Positions 19,077 to 28,670 of a stretch of DNA of 64,000 bases are shown in pieces. The stretch is taken from assembly GCA_049317525.1 (NCBI GenBank), contig JBMOIC010000008.1, positions 19,165 through 83,164 of the forward strand. Reading direction: 5' to 3'. The notes beneath the pieces were generated by a model. That model was given only the letters and a program-made list of their open reading frames with translations. It searched no databases and was not told the DNA's origin. The DNA comes from Bacteroidota bacterium (GTDB lineage Bacteria > Bacteroidota > Ignavibacteria > Kapaibacteriales > UBA961). The position numbers and the translations under genes are program-made. How positions within the stretch are numbered: position 1 is the stretch's first letter; the number at the start of each line of letters is the position of its first letter.

Positions 19077-20015
19077 TTACTTCTTTAAAGCCATACGAAA
19101 ATATTCTAGTGTTTTTAATAAACCTTCACGTCTTTGAACTTTTGGTTCCCAGCCAAGTATATGTTTTGCCTTTGTTATATCCGGTTGCCTAACTTTAGGA
19201 TCATCTTCAGGAAGACTTTTAAAGATAATCTCTGATGAAGAACCAGAAATCTCTATAATTTCCTTTGCTAAATCAAGCATAGATATCTCATCTGGATTGC
19301 CAATATTTACTGGATTGTTTTCACCAGAGAGTAAAAGACAATAGATACCTTCAACTAAATCATCAACATAGCAAACTGAGCGAGTTTGGCTACCATCACC
19401 AAAAACAGTTATAGGTTCGCCTAATAATGCTTGAGACATAAAAGCAGGGATTGCGCGGCCATCTTCTATACGCATTTTAGGTCCATAGGTATTGAATATC
19501 CTAACAATTCTTGTATCCAACCCATGATATCTATGATAAGCCATAGTGATAGCTTCACTAAAGCGTTTTGCCTCATCATAAACTCCTCTTGAACCTACAG
19601 GATTTACATTCCCCCAATATTCTTCTTGTTGCGGATGAACAAGTGGATCACCATAAACTTCGCTTGTACTAGCTATAAGAAATCTAGCTTTCTTTGCTTT
19701 TGCTAATCCCAAAGCTTTATGAGTACCCAAAGACCCTACTTTTAATGTTTGTATCGGATAGCGCAAATAATCTAATGGAGAAGCTGGAGAAGCAAAATGA
19801 AGAATGGCGTCTAAATCTCCATCTACATACATATATTCCGTTACATCATGATGAATAAATCTAAATCTTGCATTACCCATAAGATGAGCAATATTATCGG
19901 GAGAACCAGTGATAAGATTATCCATACAAATAACATCATAGCCATTACCGATAAATTTATCACAAAGATGTGATCCTAAAAAACCGGCACCACCAGTAAT
20001 AAGTACTCTAGGCAT
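19077..20015 (-). CDS. UDP-glucuronate decarboxylase (UDP-xylose synthase), SDR family
   Basis: 312 aa. Has [14 protein letters not shown] and YDEAKR (YxxxK), and shows UXS-like similarity throughout. Confidence 0.85.
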   Translation of the reverse strand: MPRVLITGGAGFLGSHLCDKFIGNGYDVICMDNLITGSPDNIAHLMGNARFRFIHHDVTEYMYVDGDLDAILHFASPASPLDYLRYPIQTLKVGSLGTHKALGLAKAKKARFLIASTSEVYGDPLVHPQQEEYWGNVNPVGSRGVYDEAKRFSEAITMAYHRYHGLDTRIVRIFNTYGPKMRIEDGRAIPAFMSQALLGEPITVFGDGSQTRSVCYVDDLVEGIYCLLLSGENNPVNIGNPDEISMLDLAKEIIEISGSSSEIIFKSLPEDDPKVRQPDITKAKHILGWEPKVQRREGLLKTLEYFRMALKK

Positions 20016-20018
20016 GAA

Positions 20019-21005
20019 TTATCTCCGAACTTCAATAGTATTTACCAATGAACCCAATGAATCTATCGAACAATTGATAGTATCACCTTCTTTGACCCAC
20101 ATTGGTGGATTAAAGACTTTGCTACCATTTAATTCAAGAAAACATCCTGTTCCACATGTACCAGAACCGATTACATCTCCTGGATAGAGAGTAACGCCAT
20201 AGCTAGCTCTTTCTATAATTTGGGCAAATGTCCAACTCATGTCTTTAACATTCCCAGAAGAAACTTGCATCCCATTTATACTGCATGTCATTGCTAAATC
20301 ATAAGTATCGCCATTGGGAGTAGAGATTTTCTTAGATTCTAATTCATCTTTGGTAATAAGCCATGGACCAAGAGTTGTTGCAAAATCTTTTCCTTTTGCA
20401 GGGCCAAGATTAAGCTTCATTTCATGCATTTGCATTGCTCTTGCACTCCAATCATTCATTATCATATATCCTGCTATATAAGAATCTGCATCTTTGGCAG
20501 ATATATCAGATCCTTGTTTTCCAATAACGATTGCTACTTCTAATTCAAAATCTAATTGTTCAAGATGCATTGGGCGAACAGAAATTGGACCTGGGCCAAA
20601 TACTGCTTGATGATTGGTAAAATAGAAAATTGGAATTTCATCAAACTCGGGAATCATATCTAATCCGCGATTTCTTCGGGCAGCTTCTACATGTTGTCTA
20701 AATGCATACCCATCCCGCATAGATGTAGGCCTAGGAATTGGAGATAAAAGATGCACTTGATTTAATGCATAGGCAGCTGTATTAAATTTTGAAGAATCTA
20801 TTATGATATCTTGATGAAGAATGCTAGCATCATTCATAGCTGCATTTCCTAGCTCTAAAAAGGGCAAGATAGTATCAGGAAGAAATGGCAATGTAAAAGT
20901 TAGAGCACTTAAAGATCTAGCAATAGCAAGATCATAAATTGTATCATTAACATATATCCCAAGTCTTGTAATGTTTTTTGCAGGTTGAAAGCTTACTAAT
21001 TTCAT
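20019..21005 (-). CDS. Fumarylacetoacetate hydrolase (FAH) family protein
   Basis: 328 aa. Has ELEVAIVIGK, GYMIMNDWSAR and GDVIGSGT, which are FAH-fold metal/substrate motifs. Confidence 0.8.
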   Translation of the reverse strand: MKLVSFQPAKNITRLGIYVNDTIYDLAIARSLSALTFTLPFLPDTILPFLELGNAAMNDASILHQDIIIDSSKFNTAAYALNQVHLLSPIPRPTSMRDGYAFRQHVEAARRNRGLDMIPEFDEIPIFYFTNHQAVFGPGPISVRPMHLEQLDFELEVAIVIGKQGSDISAKDADSYIAGYMIMNDWSARAMQMHEMKLNLGPAKGKDFATTLGPWLITKDELESKKISTPNGDTYDLAMTCSINGMQVSSGNVKDMSWTFAQIIERASYGVTLYPGDVIGSGTCGTGCFLELNGSKVFNPPMWVKEGDTINCSIDSLGSLVNTIEVRR

Positions 21006-21036
21006 AATGATGTACAGTATAATTTGGTATTGGACA

Positions 21037-21063
21037 TAAAAAAGGCGCTATAAAAAGCGCCTT
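21037..21063 (-). terminator. Rho-independent terminator downstream of the GT2 gene
   Basis: Minus strand reads aaggcgct-ttttat-agcgcctt followed by TTTTAT. The stem is a perfect 8 bp. Confidence 0.75.
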
Positions 21064-21093
21064 CAAAACTACAGAATTTTATCGGTAGAATAT

Positions 21094-22545
21094 CTATCTT
21101 GATAAAGCATGTCTTAAACTCAAAGTACCTACTGTACCAAAACCGGCTAAAAACAGCAATTGGAATGGTATCGCAGCAATTTCTAAATAAAACAAAGAAA
21201 TAGAAATACCTACTATAAAATAGAGTGTAAAGAATAATTCAGCAATGATAGCGCCACCAAGTTGCTTTTGAACATATTTTTTCTTCTTCCAATCATCTTT
21301 ACCATTTACTATTTTATATTTAGGAGTACGCATAAAAGCTGATTTTTTACCAATAAGTGCCTCAAAAACTGCTTTAGTATTATTAACAGCAAAACCCATA
21401 CTTCCAGCCATAAAAACAGGGAAAAGCATTATTCTGCGGCGCCAATCAAGATGGATTGCTCTTTGCGCATACACATAAAACATAAAGGTACTAACGGAAG
21501 CAAGAACAAATATTCCCATTAAAGTAAAAATACTATCATAACCTTCTACAGTATTTTTAATCACAACTAAAGGTACATTTAATAATGCAGTAAGAAGAAT
21601 AAAAGGGAATACAATATTACTTGTTAAATGAACAGTACATTCTGCTTTTATTTTTAATGGAAGTTCAGATTTCCATACCAAAGGTAATATTTTAATCGCA
21701 GTTTCAACCGCGCCTTTTGTCCAACGGAATTGCTGAGTTTTTAAACCATTAATATCAGCAGGTAATTCTGCTGGAGACGTTACATCGTTTAAGAACATAA
21801 ATTTCCAGCCACGTAATTGGGCGCGATAACTTAAATCTAAATCTTCTGCTAAAGTATCTGCATGCCAATTACCAGCATCTTCTATACATGATTTACGCCA
21901 AATACCAGCTGTTCCATTAAAGTTAATAAAGAAACCTGCTTTATTTCGCACTTGCTGTTCAATTACAAAGTGGCCATCTAAAGCCAATGCTTGGGCTCTG
22001 GTTAAATAGGAATAATCTTCATTTAGATGTTCCCATCGAGTTTGAACCATGCCAATTTCTGCATTTTGGAAATGAGGAATTGTTTTTTGAAGAAAATCCG
22101 TATTAGGAACAAAATCTGCATCAAAAATTCCAACATATTCACCTTTTGCAGTTTCTAATCCACTTTTTAGAGCCCCTGCTTTAAAGCCAGATCTGTCTAT
22201 ACGATGAATATGCTTTATATCAAACCCTTTAGCAGTATATTCTGAAACAATCCTGCGAGAAACTTCAACGGTTTCATCTGTAGAATCATCTAATAATTGA
22301 ATTTCTAATTTATCAATTGGATATTCCAACTCGCATACCGCTTTTACTAAGCGTTCAACTACATATACTTCATTAAATACAGGCAATTGAATAGTAACTT
22401 GGGGCCATTCGGTTTGAGCTAATAATATAGGAGGATTATATGCCCTTGTTTTATGATAAAAATAAATCATCACTAAACCATGTAATCCAAATGCAAATAA
22501 GATACTGAGCGATACGAAATAGATAATAAGTAGAGTAACTTCCAT
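21094..22545 (-). CDS. Processive family-2 glycosyltransferase (cellulose-synthase-like, CslA/BcsA-type fold) with flanking TM helices
   Basis: 483 aa. Has DDSTD, FDADF and QQFRWTKG (QxxRW), with an N-terminal TM segment and several C-terminal TM segments. Confidence 0.8.
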   Translation of the reverse strand: MEVTLLIIYFVSLSILFAFGLHGLVMIYFYHKTRAYNPPILLAQTEWPQVTIQLPVFNEVYVVERLVKAVCELEYPIDKLEIQLLDDSTDETVEVSRRIVSEYTAKGFDIKHIHRIDRSGFKAGALKSGLETAKGEYVGIFDADFVPNTDFLQKTIPHFQNAEIGMVQTRWEHLNEDYSYLTRAQALALDGHFVIEQQVRNKAGFFINFNGTAGIWRKSCIEDAGNWHADTLAEDLDLSYRAQLRGWKFMFLNDVTSPAELPADINGLKTQQFRWTKGAVETAIKILPLVWKSELPLKIKAECTVHLTSNIVFPFILLTALLNVPLVVIKNTVEGYDSIFTLMGIFVLASVSTFMFYVYAQRAIHLDWRRRIMLFPVFMAGSMGFAVNNTKAVFEALIGKKSAFMRTPKYKIVNGKDDWKKKKYVQKQLGGAIIAELFFTLYFIVGISISLFYLEIAAIPFQLLFLAGFGTVGTLSLRHALSR

Positions 22546-22593
22546 AAGATTAGCTAGAACTCCAGCTATGAAAATAGTAGAAAAATGTAAATA

Positions 22594-23109
22594 TTACCAA
22601 CCGGAAACAACTGCAAGCAAAATATCTTCACCTAATTGTTGAATTGCAGCTATTACTGCTTCTTCCCGGGCTTGCTGTCCTTGGCTTATAACATACACTT
22701 GAAAATTGGAAAAACTACGCTTCCAAACGGTTTTATGCTTAACCACATCGGTGTATTCTGCATCTATTGTCACCGTTAACTTGCGCTCTCTTTCAATCTC
22801 TCCGGGGCTAACCGATACAATTGCATCATTTATAGATGCGATTGTTGATTGAAGTTGTGCATCACCATTTGTTTCAACCAATACAAGTGTATTGTCATTT
22901 CTAAATTTGTCAATCAATCTTCGATTTAGGATGTCTCGAAATCTTGGATTACCAAATCCGCTATTATCATTTGAAGGCGCAATACTGATAGTTTTTAAAT
23001 GATCAGGAACTGAACCACCAGTAAATGAATAGCAACCAATCAACATCGGGATGCAAAATATACAAATGATGGTGAGTACTCTATTAATGAAAAGTGAATT
23101 GTTGTTCAT
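22594..23109 (-). CDS. LptE-like LPS-assembly lipoprotein (tentative)
   Basis: 171 aa. Lipobox MLIGC followed by YSFTGGSVPDHLKTISIAPSNDNSG, a pattern I associate with FCB LptE homologues. Not verified. Confidence 0.5.
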   Translation of the reverse strand: MNNNSLFINRVLTIICIFCIPMLIGCYSFTGGSVPDHLKTISIAPSNDNSGFGNPRFRDILNRRLIDKFRNDNTLVLVETNGDAQLQSTIASINDAIVSVSPGEIERERKLTVTIDAEYTDVVKHKTVWKRSFSNFQVYVISQGQQAREEAVIAAIQQLGEDILLAVVSGW

Positions 23110-23165
23110 GGAAAATACATTTTAATGAATAATAAAACTTTGAATAGTAGTAATGATCCTGAATA

Positions 23166-23831
23166 TCATTGTATATATTGATTATATCGTTGTTCATGGC
23201 CAATAGTAGAGATTTCTCCATGGCCAGGGAATATCACGGTTTCTGGAGATAATACTAATAGTTTACTCTTAATTGAATGAATTAACTGATTGGTATTGCC
23301 TCCTGGTAAATCAGTTCTACCAATACTTTCAGCAAATAATGTATCACCTACAATTGCACAATTATATTTCTTGCTAATAAAACAGATACTTCCTTCTGTA
23401 TGGCCTGGGGTATGCATCACATTAAATTCCCATTCTCCACAATGAAGTATGTCGTTTTCTATTAATTTTTCTACTGGAGAAACAGGATAAATAGTAAATG
23501 GTAAAGGCCATAATGTATGCTCCATCGGATCGATCAATCTATAGATATCATCTTGATGACAAGATACTTGCAGTCCTTTATCTTGCAAAATCGAGGCATC
23601 TGCTGTGTGATCCCAATGGGAATGCGTTAGCCATAATGCAGAAGCATGTAATGAATAATGCTGTAGAATTGCTTCAAACATATCTGCACTGTTATATGGT
23701 GCATCAATAATAATTGCTTCATTACTCTGAATATCTGCTATGATATAGCCATTCGTTGCAACAGGGCCCGCCTCAAATCCAATGATTTTTAAATGCGGAG
23801 CTTCTGGTACAGAAAAAACTGATTGTTGCAT
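23166..23831 (-). CDS. MBL-fold hydrolase (glyoxalase II/YcbL-like)
   Basis: 221 aa. Has THSHWDH (HxHxDH), HTPGHTEGS and GDTLF. Confidence 0.8.
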   Translation of the reverse strand: MQQSVFSVPEAPHLKIIGFEAGPVATNGYIIADIQSNEAIIIDAPYNSADMFEAILQHYSLHASALWLTHSHWDHTADASILQDKGLQVSCHQDDIYRLIDPMEHTLWPLPFTIYPVSPVEKLIENDILHCGEWEFNVMHTPGHTEGSICFISKKYNCAIVGDTLFAESIGRTDLPGGNTNQLIHSIKSKLLVLSPETVIFPGHGEISTIGHEQRYNQYIQ

Positions 23832-23907
23832 AATGATGTATAAAATGTGTTTTGTTTTATGAATTGAAATATATGATTATGTTTTTGGAAATTAAAAACA
23901 AGCATTC

Positions 23908-24225
23908 TTAGCAAAATTCTTTTTCTAATTGCAGCACTTTTCTTATACCTTTTGTGTATTCTCCAAATATCTGATTATGAGAAGCTTGTAATGCAGGCGA
24001 AAATTCTGATCTATATACTTGTATATCTTGCAATGAATTAGCTGAATACTGAATATGGAATATATCATAATTTTCAGATGCTGGGTCTGTAACCTTACTA
24101 AGTTTGGCATTAATAAAAACACCACATTTCATCACTTCAGGGATATGAATAGAAATCATCCAGTCCACCCATGCATGAGAATGTTCTTTCATAACTTCTA
24201 TCGAAACTTCATAAAATGAAATCAT
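23908..24225 (-). CDS. Small conserved hypothetical protein (DUF4286-like, tentative)
   Basis: The ATG at 24225 gives MISFYEVSIEV...HAWVDWM...HIPEVM. The longer ORF to 24303 is probably an over-extension. Confidence 0.4.
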   Translation of the reverse strand: MISFYEVSIEVMKEHSHAWVDWMISIHIPEVMKCGVFINAKLSKVTDPASENYDIFHIQYSANSLQDIQVYRSEFSPALQASHNQIFGEYTKGIRKVLQLEKEFC

Positions 24226-24359
24226 TTTTTGTCCTGTATAATATGTTAATAGCAAAAATGAGAAATTAGTATACGAATAATGCACATGTATTATCAAATA
24301 CATGTATTATTGAGAGATAAAACCCAGAATTCCATCTCATTTTACCTAAGAAGATTTAC

Positions 24360-26177
24360 ATGGATACAGAACAAACACCTATATCAAAGATAAAAGCAGG
24401 TGAAACTAAAGAGCAATTATCCTTTTTATTGTCTTTCTATAAACCATATGCGCTAAAGGGTATTATTGCATTAATCATCATGTTGATTACAGCATCATTA
24501 GGCTTAATATTTCCAGCAATTATTGGAAAAATGTTAGATGGTTTTGTTCATCCAGACAAAGCATTTATGCCTTTCGGAATACAATTAACCCCAGGATTAT
24601 TAGCACTAAGTTTACTTCTTTTGATTGCAATTCAATCTGCAATACGTTTTATCGCATCGATGACGATTGCCAAGATTACAGAATATGCTTTAGCAGAATT
24701 GAGGTCTACTTCATTTGAACATATCATAAGACTCCCCATGAGCTTCTTTTCTGAAAGACGTGTCGGAGAATTATCTTCTCGATTATCTTCCGATTTAACT
24801 CAAATCCAAGAAACATTTGCTTTTACTGCTTTAGAATTATTAAGACAAACAATATTTCTTATTGGTGGCATAGGTTTTATTCTAACTGCTGGATTAAACC
24901 TTGCTTTACCTGTACTATTAGCTTTACCAGTTTTAGTAGTAATTGCTGTTGTTTTTGGAAAATTTATCAGAAAACAAAGTACTAAAACACAGGATGCTTT
25001 AGCTAATTCAGCAACAATCATAGAAGAAACTCTGCAAGCTATTAGCAGTGTAAAATCCTATGTGAATGAACATTTTGAAGCAATAAGGTATAAAAATGCC
25101 TTAAAGCAAACAATTTCTTTGGCTTTATATACTGCAAAACTTCGATCTGCTTTTGTTTCCTTTATCCTTTTTGCATTTTTTGGGGGTATAGCTGGTGTAA
25201 TTTGGTATGGAGGTTCCCTAGTTCAAGCTGGGGAAATTACTATTGGAGACTTTGCCACATTTTTAATTTATGCAATGTTTGTTGGTGGTGCTATGGGCAG
25301 CTTTGCAGAATTACTTGGCCAAGTACAAAAAGCACTGGGTGCTTCCGTTCGATTAAGAGAAATTATCGATGAGCCAATAGAGCATGATACTCAAAATACA
25401 ATTGTACATTCAGAAAAACTGCATTCAATTAGCATACAAAATGTATCTTTTAGCTATCCAAATCGTAAAGATATTCAAGCTTTGAAGGATATAGATCTTA
25501 CAATTCCTGCTGGACATCGTATCGCATTTGTAGGAGAAAGCGGTGCCGGAAAAAGTACTACCGCTTCACTCATTCAACAATTTTATTCTCCTGATAAGGG
25601 CGAAATACTCTATAATTCCATACCTGCTGAATATTGGGGATTACAAAAAATCAGAAATTCTATCGGCGTTGTTCCACAAGATATCGTTCTTTTTGGAGGA
25701 ACTATAGCTCAAAATATTGCATATGGAAAAACAGATGCAACAGATAAAGAAATCGAACAAGCTGCTACATTGGCAAATGCCATGGAATTTATCGATAGAT
25801 TTCCAGAGCGTTTTTCGACACTAGTTGGTGAAAGAGGAATTACATTGTCTGGAGGCCAAAGACAAAGAATTGCGATCGCCAGAGCTATCCTAAAAAATCC
25901 TCCAATATTAATTCTTGATGAAGCAACTAGCTCTTTAGATTCTGTTTCTGAACATTTGATAAAACAAGCTTTGGAAACATTAATGAAAGATCGAACTACA
26001 ATTATTATCGCTCATAGACTTTCAACAATTAGAAATTGTGATGCTATTGCTGTTTTTAGTAAAGGGTCTATTATTGAATATGGAACACATGATGAATTAA
26101 TGAAAGTACATGGATTTTATGCCCGACTTTCTCATTTGCAGTTTTCTTCAGAATTGAATGCTCATCCAATATCATAG
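24360..26177 (+). CDS. ABC exporter, fused permease/ATPase (MsbA/ABCB type)
   Basis: 605 aa. A six-TM N-terminal half is followed by [23 protein letters not shown] and ILILDEATSSLD. Confidence 0.85.
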   Translation: MDTEQTPISKIKAGETKEQLSFLLSFYKPYALKGIIALIIMLITASLGLIFPAIIGKMLDGFVHPDKAFMPFGIQLTPGLLALSLLLLIAIQSAIRFIASMTIAKITEYALAELRSTSFEHIIRLPMSFFSERRVGELSSRLSSDLTQIQETFAFTALELLRQTIFLIGGIGFILTAGLNLALPVLLALPVLVVIAVVFGKFIRKQSTKTQDALANSATIIEETLQAISSVKSYVNEHFEAIRYKNALKQTISLALYTAKLRSAFVSFILFAFFGGIAGVIWYGGSLVQAGEITIGDFATFLIYAMFVGGAMGSFAELLGQVQKALGASVRLREIIDEPIEHDTQNTIVHSEKLHSISIQNVSFSYPNRKDIQALKDIDLTIPAGHRIAFVGESGAGKSTTASLIQQFYSPDKGEILYNSIPAEYWGLQKIRNSIGVVPQDIVLFGGTIAQNIAYGKTDATDKEIEQAATLANAMEFIDRFPERFSTLVGERGITLSGGQRQRIAIARAILKNPPILILDEATSSLDSVSEHLIKQALETLMKDRTTIIIAHRLSTIRNCDAIAVFSKGSIIEYGTHDELMKVHGFYARLSHLQFSSELNAHPIS

Positions 26178-26248
26178 AATATTAGCTTTAGCATTTTTTA
26201 AAGAATTATGTATTTTGCTCAATAATATTACTTCAGGATTTTAAAATA

Positions 26249-27340
26249 ATGACCACAGTAGAACTAAAAGACCTATATAAAGAATATGAAACTGGAAAAC
26301 CAGTAATACAAGATTTAAATCTTACTGTTATTCCCGGTGAATTATTAGTGCTAGTAGGCCCATCAGGCTGTGGTAAAAGTACAGTTCTTAGAATGATTGC
26401 GGGATTAGAAGATATCTCTGGTGGCTCTTTGTTCTTTGATGGAGTATGTATTAATGATATGCCGGCAAAAATGAGAGATATTGGTATGGTTTTTCAAAAT
26501 TACGCCTTATATCCACATCTAACAGTAGCAGAAAACCTAGGATTTCCTTTAAGTTTAAGAAAATTCCCCAAAGATGAAATTTTAAAAAAAGTACAAGAAA
26601 TAGCAAAGCAAGTTGGTTTAAGTGATTTATTATATAGAAAACCTAAACAATTGTCAGGTGGACAAAGACAAAGAGTAGCACTTGGAAGAGCCATCATTAG
26701 AACTCCCAGAGTCTTTTTATTCGATGAACCTTTGTCCAATTTAGATGCTCAACTTCGAATGCATATGAGATCAGAAATCGTTGCTTTACAAAAAAGAGTT
26801 GGCATTACTGGTATCTATGTTACTCATGATCAGGCAGAAGCTATGACGATGGGCGACCGCATTGCTGTTCTTCATAAAGGAATTTTACAGCAAATTGGTA
26901 AGCCACAAGATATTTACAATAATCCACAAAATGTATTTGTAGCTGGTTTCTTAGGAAGCCCTTCTATGAATTTTTTTCATGGCAGCTTCACAAAGATTAA
27001 TAATGAATTGATATTTCAAGAATTACATAATGGAGCTTCATTTACTATTCCTGATCATTCATTTATTTATGGCATTCCCGATAACAATAACATTATTGTA
27101 GGAATTAGGCCAGAAAAGTTGTCTTTAACTCCCCTAGAAAATGCTCCAACATGGCAATGTTCGATACATCAAACAGAGTATCATGGCCATGAACAAATCG
27201 CTTTTGTACAATCTGCTGATTCATTAAAGTCTATCAGAGTTCCGCTACAATTTCCAGTAAAAAATGATGATGCAATTAAGCTATATATTCAACCTGATTC
27301 ACTTTGTATATTCTCTTCTTTAACTCATAATAGATTATAA
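26249..27340 (+). CDS. ABC importer ATP-binding protein, MalK/UgpC/MsmK type
   Basis: 363 aa. Has [23 protein letters not shown] and [12 protein letters not shown], plus a C-terminal regulatory (TOBE-like) extension. Confidence 0.85.
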   Translation: MTTVELKDLYKEYETGKPVIQDLNLTVIPGELLVLVGPSGCGKSTVLRMIAGLEDISGGSLFFDGVCINDMPAKMRDIGMVFQNYALYPHLTVAENLGFPLSLRKFPKDEILKKVQEIAKQVGLSDLLYRKPKQLSGGQRQRVALGRAIIRTPRVFLFDEPLSNLDAQLRMHMRSEIVALQKRVGITGIYVTHDQAEAMTMGDRIAVLHKGILQQIGKPQDIYNNPQNVFVAGFLGSPSMNFFHGSFTKINNELIFQELHNGASFTIPDHSFIYGIPDNNNIIVGIRPEKLSLTPLENAPTWQCSIHQTEYHGHEQIAFVQSADSLKSIRVPLQFPVKNDDAIKLYIQPDSLCIFSSLTHNRL

Positions 27341-27343
27341 ATA

Positions 27344-28243
27344 ATGAAGAATATTGATTCCATTAAACCTGAAGAATTTGATCATCTTTGGAATTATTCT
27401 CAACCTGAAATTACAGTAGAACAATTTCGGAGTTTAATCGACATTATTAAAGCTCACGAAGATAAAACTCTTTATCCTCAATTACTTACGCAAATTGCTA
27501 GATGTGAAACATTGCTAAGAAATTTTGAATCAGCATCTTTAGCATTACAAAAAGCAATTGCCATTATAGAGCAATTACAAGATATTGACAAACCATTGCC
27601 TTCAACTCGATATTTTTTAGAGAAAGGAAGATGGGAAAACTGGCATCAAGAATCTGATAGAGGAAAATCTAGTTTTTTACTTGCTTTACACATTGCAACG
27701 CTTCATTCTTTAGATTTTTATGCTGTAGATGCTATGCATATGCTTGGAATAGTATGCCAATCAGAGGAATCATTAGAATGGAATAAAAAAGCAATGCTTT
27801 ATGCAGAGAAATCAACAGATTTAAAAGCAAAAAGTTGGTTAGGGGCTTTATATAATAATATTGGCTGGACATATCATTCCAAAGAAGATTTTAATGCAGC
27901 TTTAGAGTGTTTCTTAAAAAGTGAAATATGGTTTAAGGAAAGAAAAAGATTAGAAGAAAGCTTAATTGCTAAGTGGTCTGCAGCAAAAATGATGCGTCTA
28001 TTAGGTAGAATTGGCGAAGCATTACTTGTACATTATGAATGTGCCGAACAAAGGAAATCTGCTAATCTTGAACATGATGGCTATATCGCCGAGGAAATAG
28101 GTGAATGTTTATTGTCACTCAATAAAATTGATGATGCTACTCCATTCTTTGCTTCAGCATATACTATTTTGTGCGAAGACAATTGGTTTGCGCAGCATGA
28201 ATTTGCTAGACTAGAACGATTAAAACAATTAGGGAAATGCTAA
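27344..28243 (+). CDS. Helical-repeat (TPR-like) hypothetical protein
   Basis: 299 aa and predicted all-helical. Starts 3 nt after the MalK-like stop. Family not recognised. Confidence 0.4.
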   Translation: MKNIDSIKPEEFDHLWNYSQPEITVEQFRSLIDIIKAHEDKTLYPQLLTQIARCETLLRNFESASLALQKAIAIIEQLQDIDKPLPSTRYFLEKGRWENWHQESDRGKSSFLLALHIATLHSLDFYAVDAMHMLGIVCQSEESLEWNKKAMLYAEKSTDLKAKSWLGALYNNIGWTYHSKEDFNAALECFLKSEIWFKERKRLEESLIAKWSAAKMMRLLGRIGEALLVHYECAEQRKSANLEHDGYIAEEIGECLLSLNKIDDATPFFASAYTILCEDNWFAQHEFARLERLKQLGKC

Positions 28244-28659
28244 ACTATATCTAGATAACATTCAGTTTTTACATCGCATCCAGACCTTTTAAACATTGCA
28301 GCCGCACTGCAATATGTTTGTTGCGATAATTCAACGCTTCTTTCAATGTCTGATAATGCTGCATCAGTACTTTCTACAAAAAACTTTAACAGTACACTAG
28401 TAAACACTTTAGGATGTTCATCGGCCCTATTTCCCGAAACTTCTACATGCAAAGAAATGATATGTTTTCTTTTTTTTTCTAAAATACTTAGAACATCCAT
28501 CACAGAGCATGCAGCCATAGATTGCAACATTATCTCCATTGGTGTTGCTGCTTTAGACACATAATTTTCTGAACTATGCGAATCAAACAATGTATTTTTT
28601 TGCTCAGAATTATGTCCTTCTAAACACATTCCACCTTTCCAATCTACAGTTATATTCAT
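28240..28659 (-). CDS. OsmC/Ohr family peroxiredoxin-like protein
   Basis: 139 aa. Shows the OsmC pattern with two conserved Cys contexts (MAACSVMDV and QTYCSAAAM). Confidence 0.75.
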   Translation of the reverse strand: MNITVDWKGGMCLEGHNSEQKNTLFDSHSSENYVSKAATPMEIMLQSMAACSVMDVLSILEKKRKHIISLHVEVSGNRADEHPKVFTSVLLKFFVESTDAALSDIERSVELSQQTYCSAAAMFKRSGCDVKTECYLDIV

Positions 28660-28670
28660 AATGAAACCTA

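Noticed and set aside
28470-28478. Homopolymeric T9/A9 tracts inside coding regions as phase-variation switches (osmC here; also 36376..36384 in the S41 peptidase)
   Set aside because: Runs of A/T encoding Lys-rich stretches are expected in such AT-rich DNA. The genes are housekeeping-type and intact, and nothing suggests contingency-locus behaviour.
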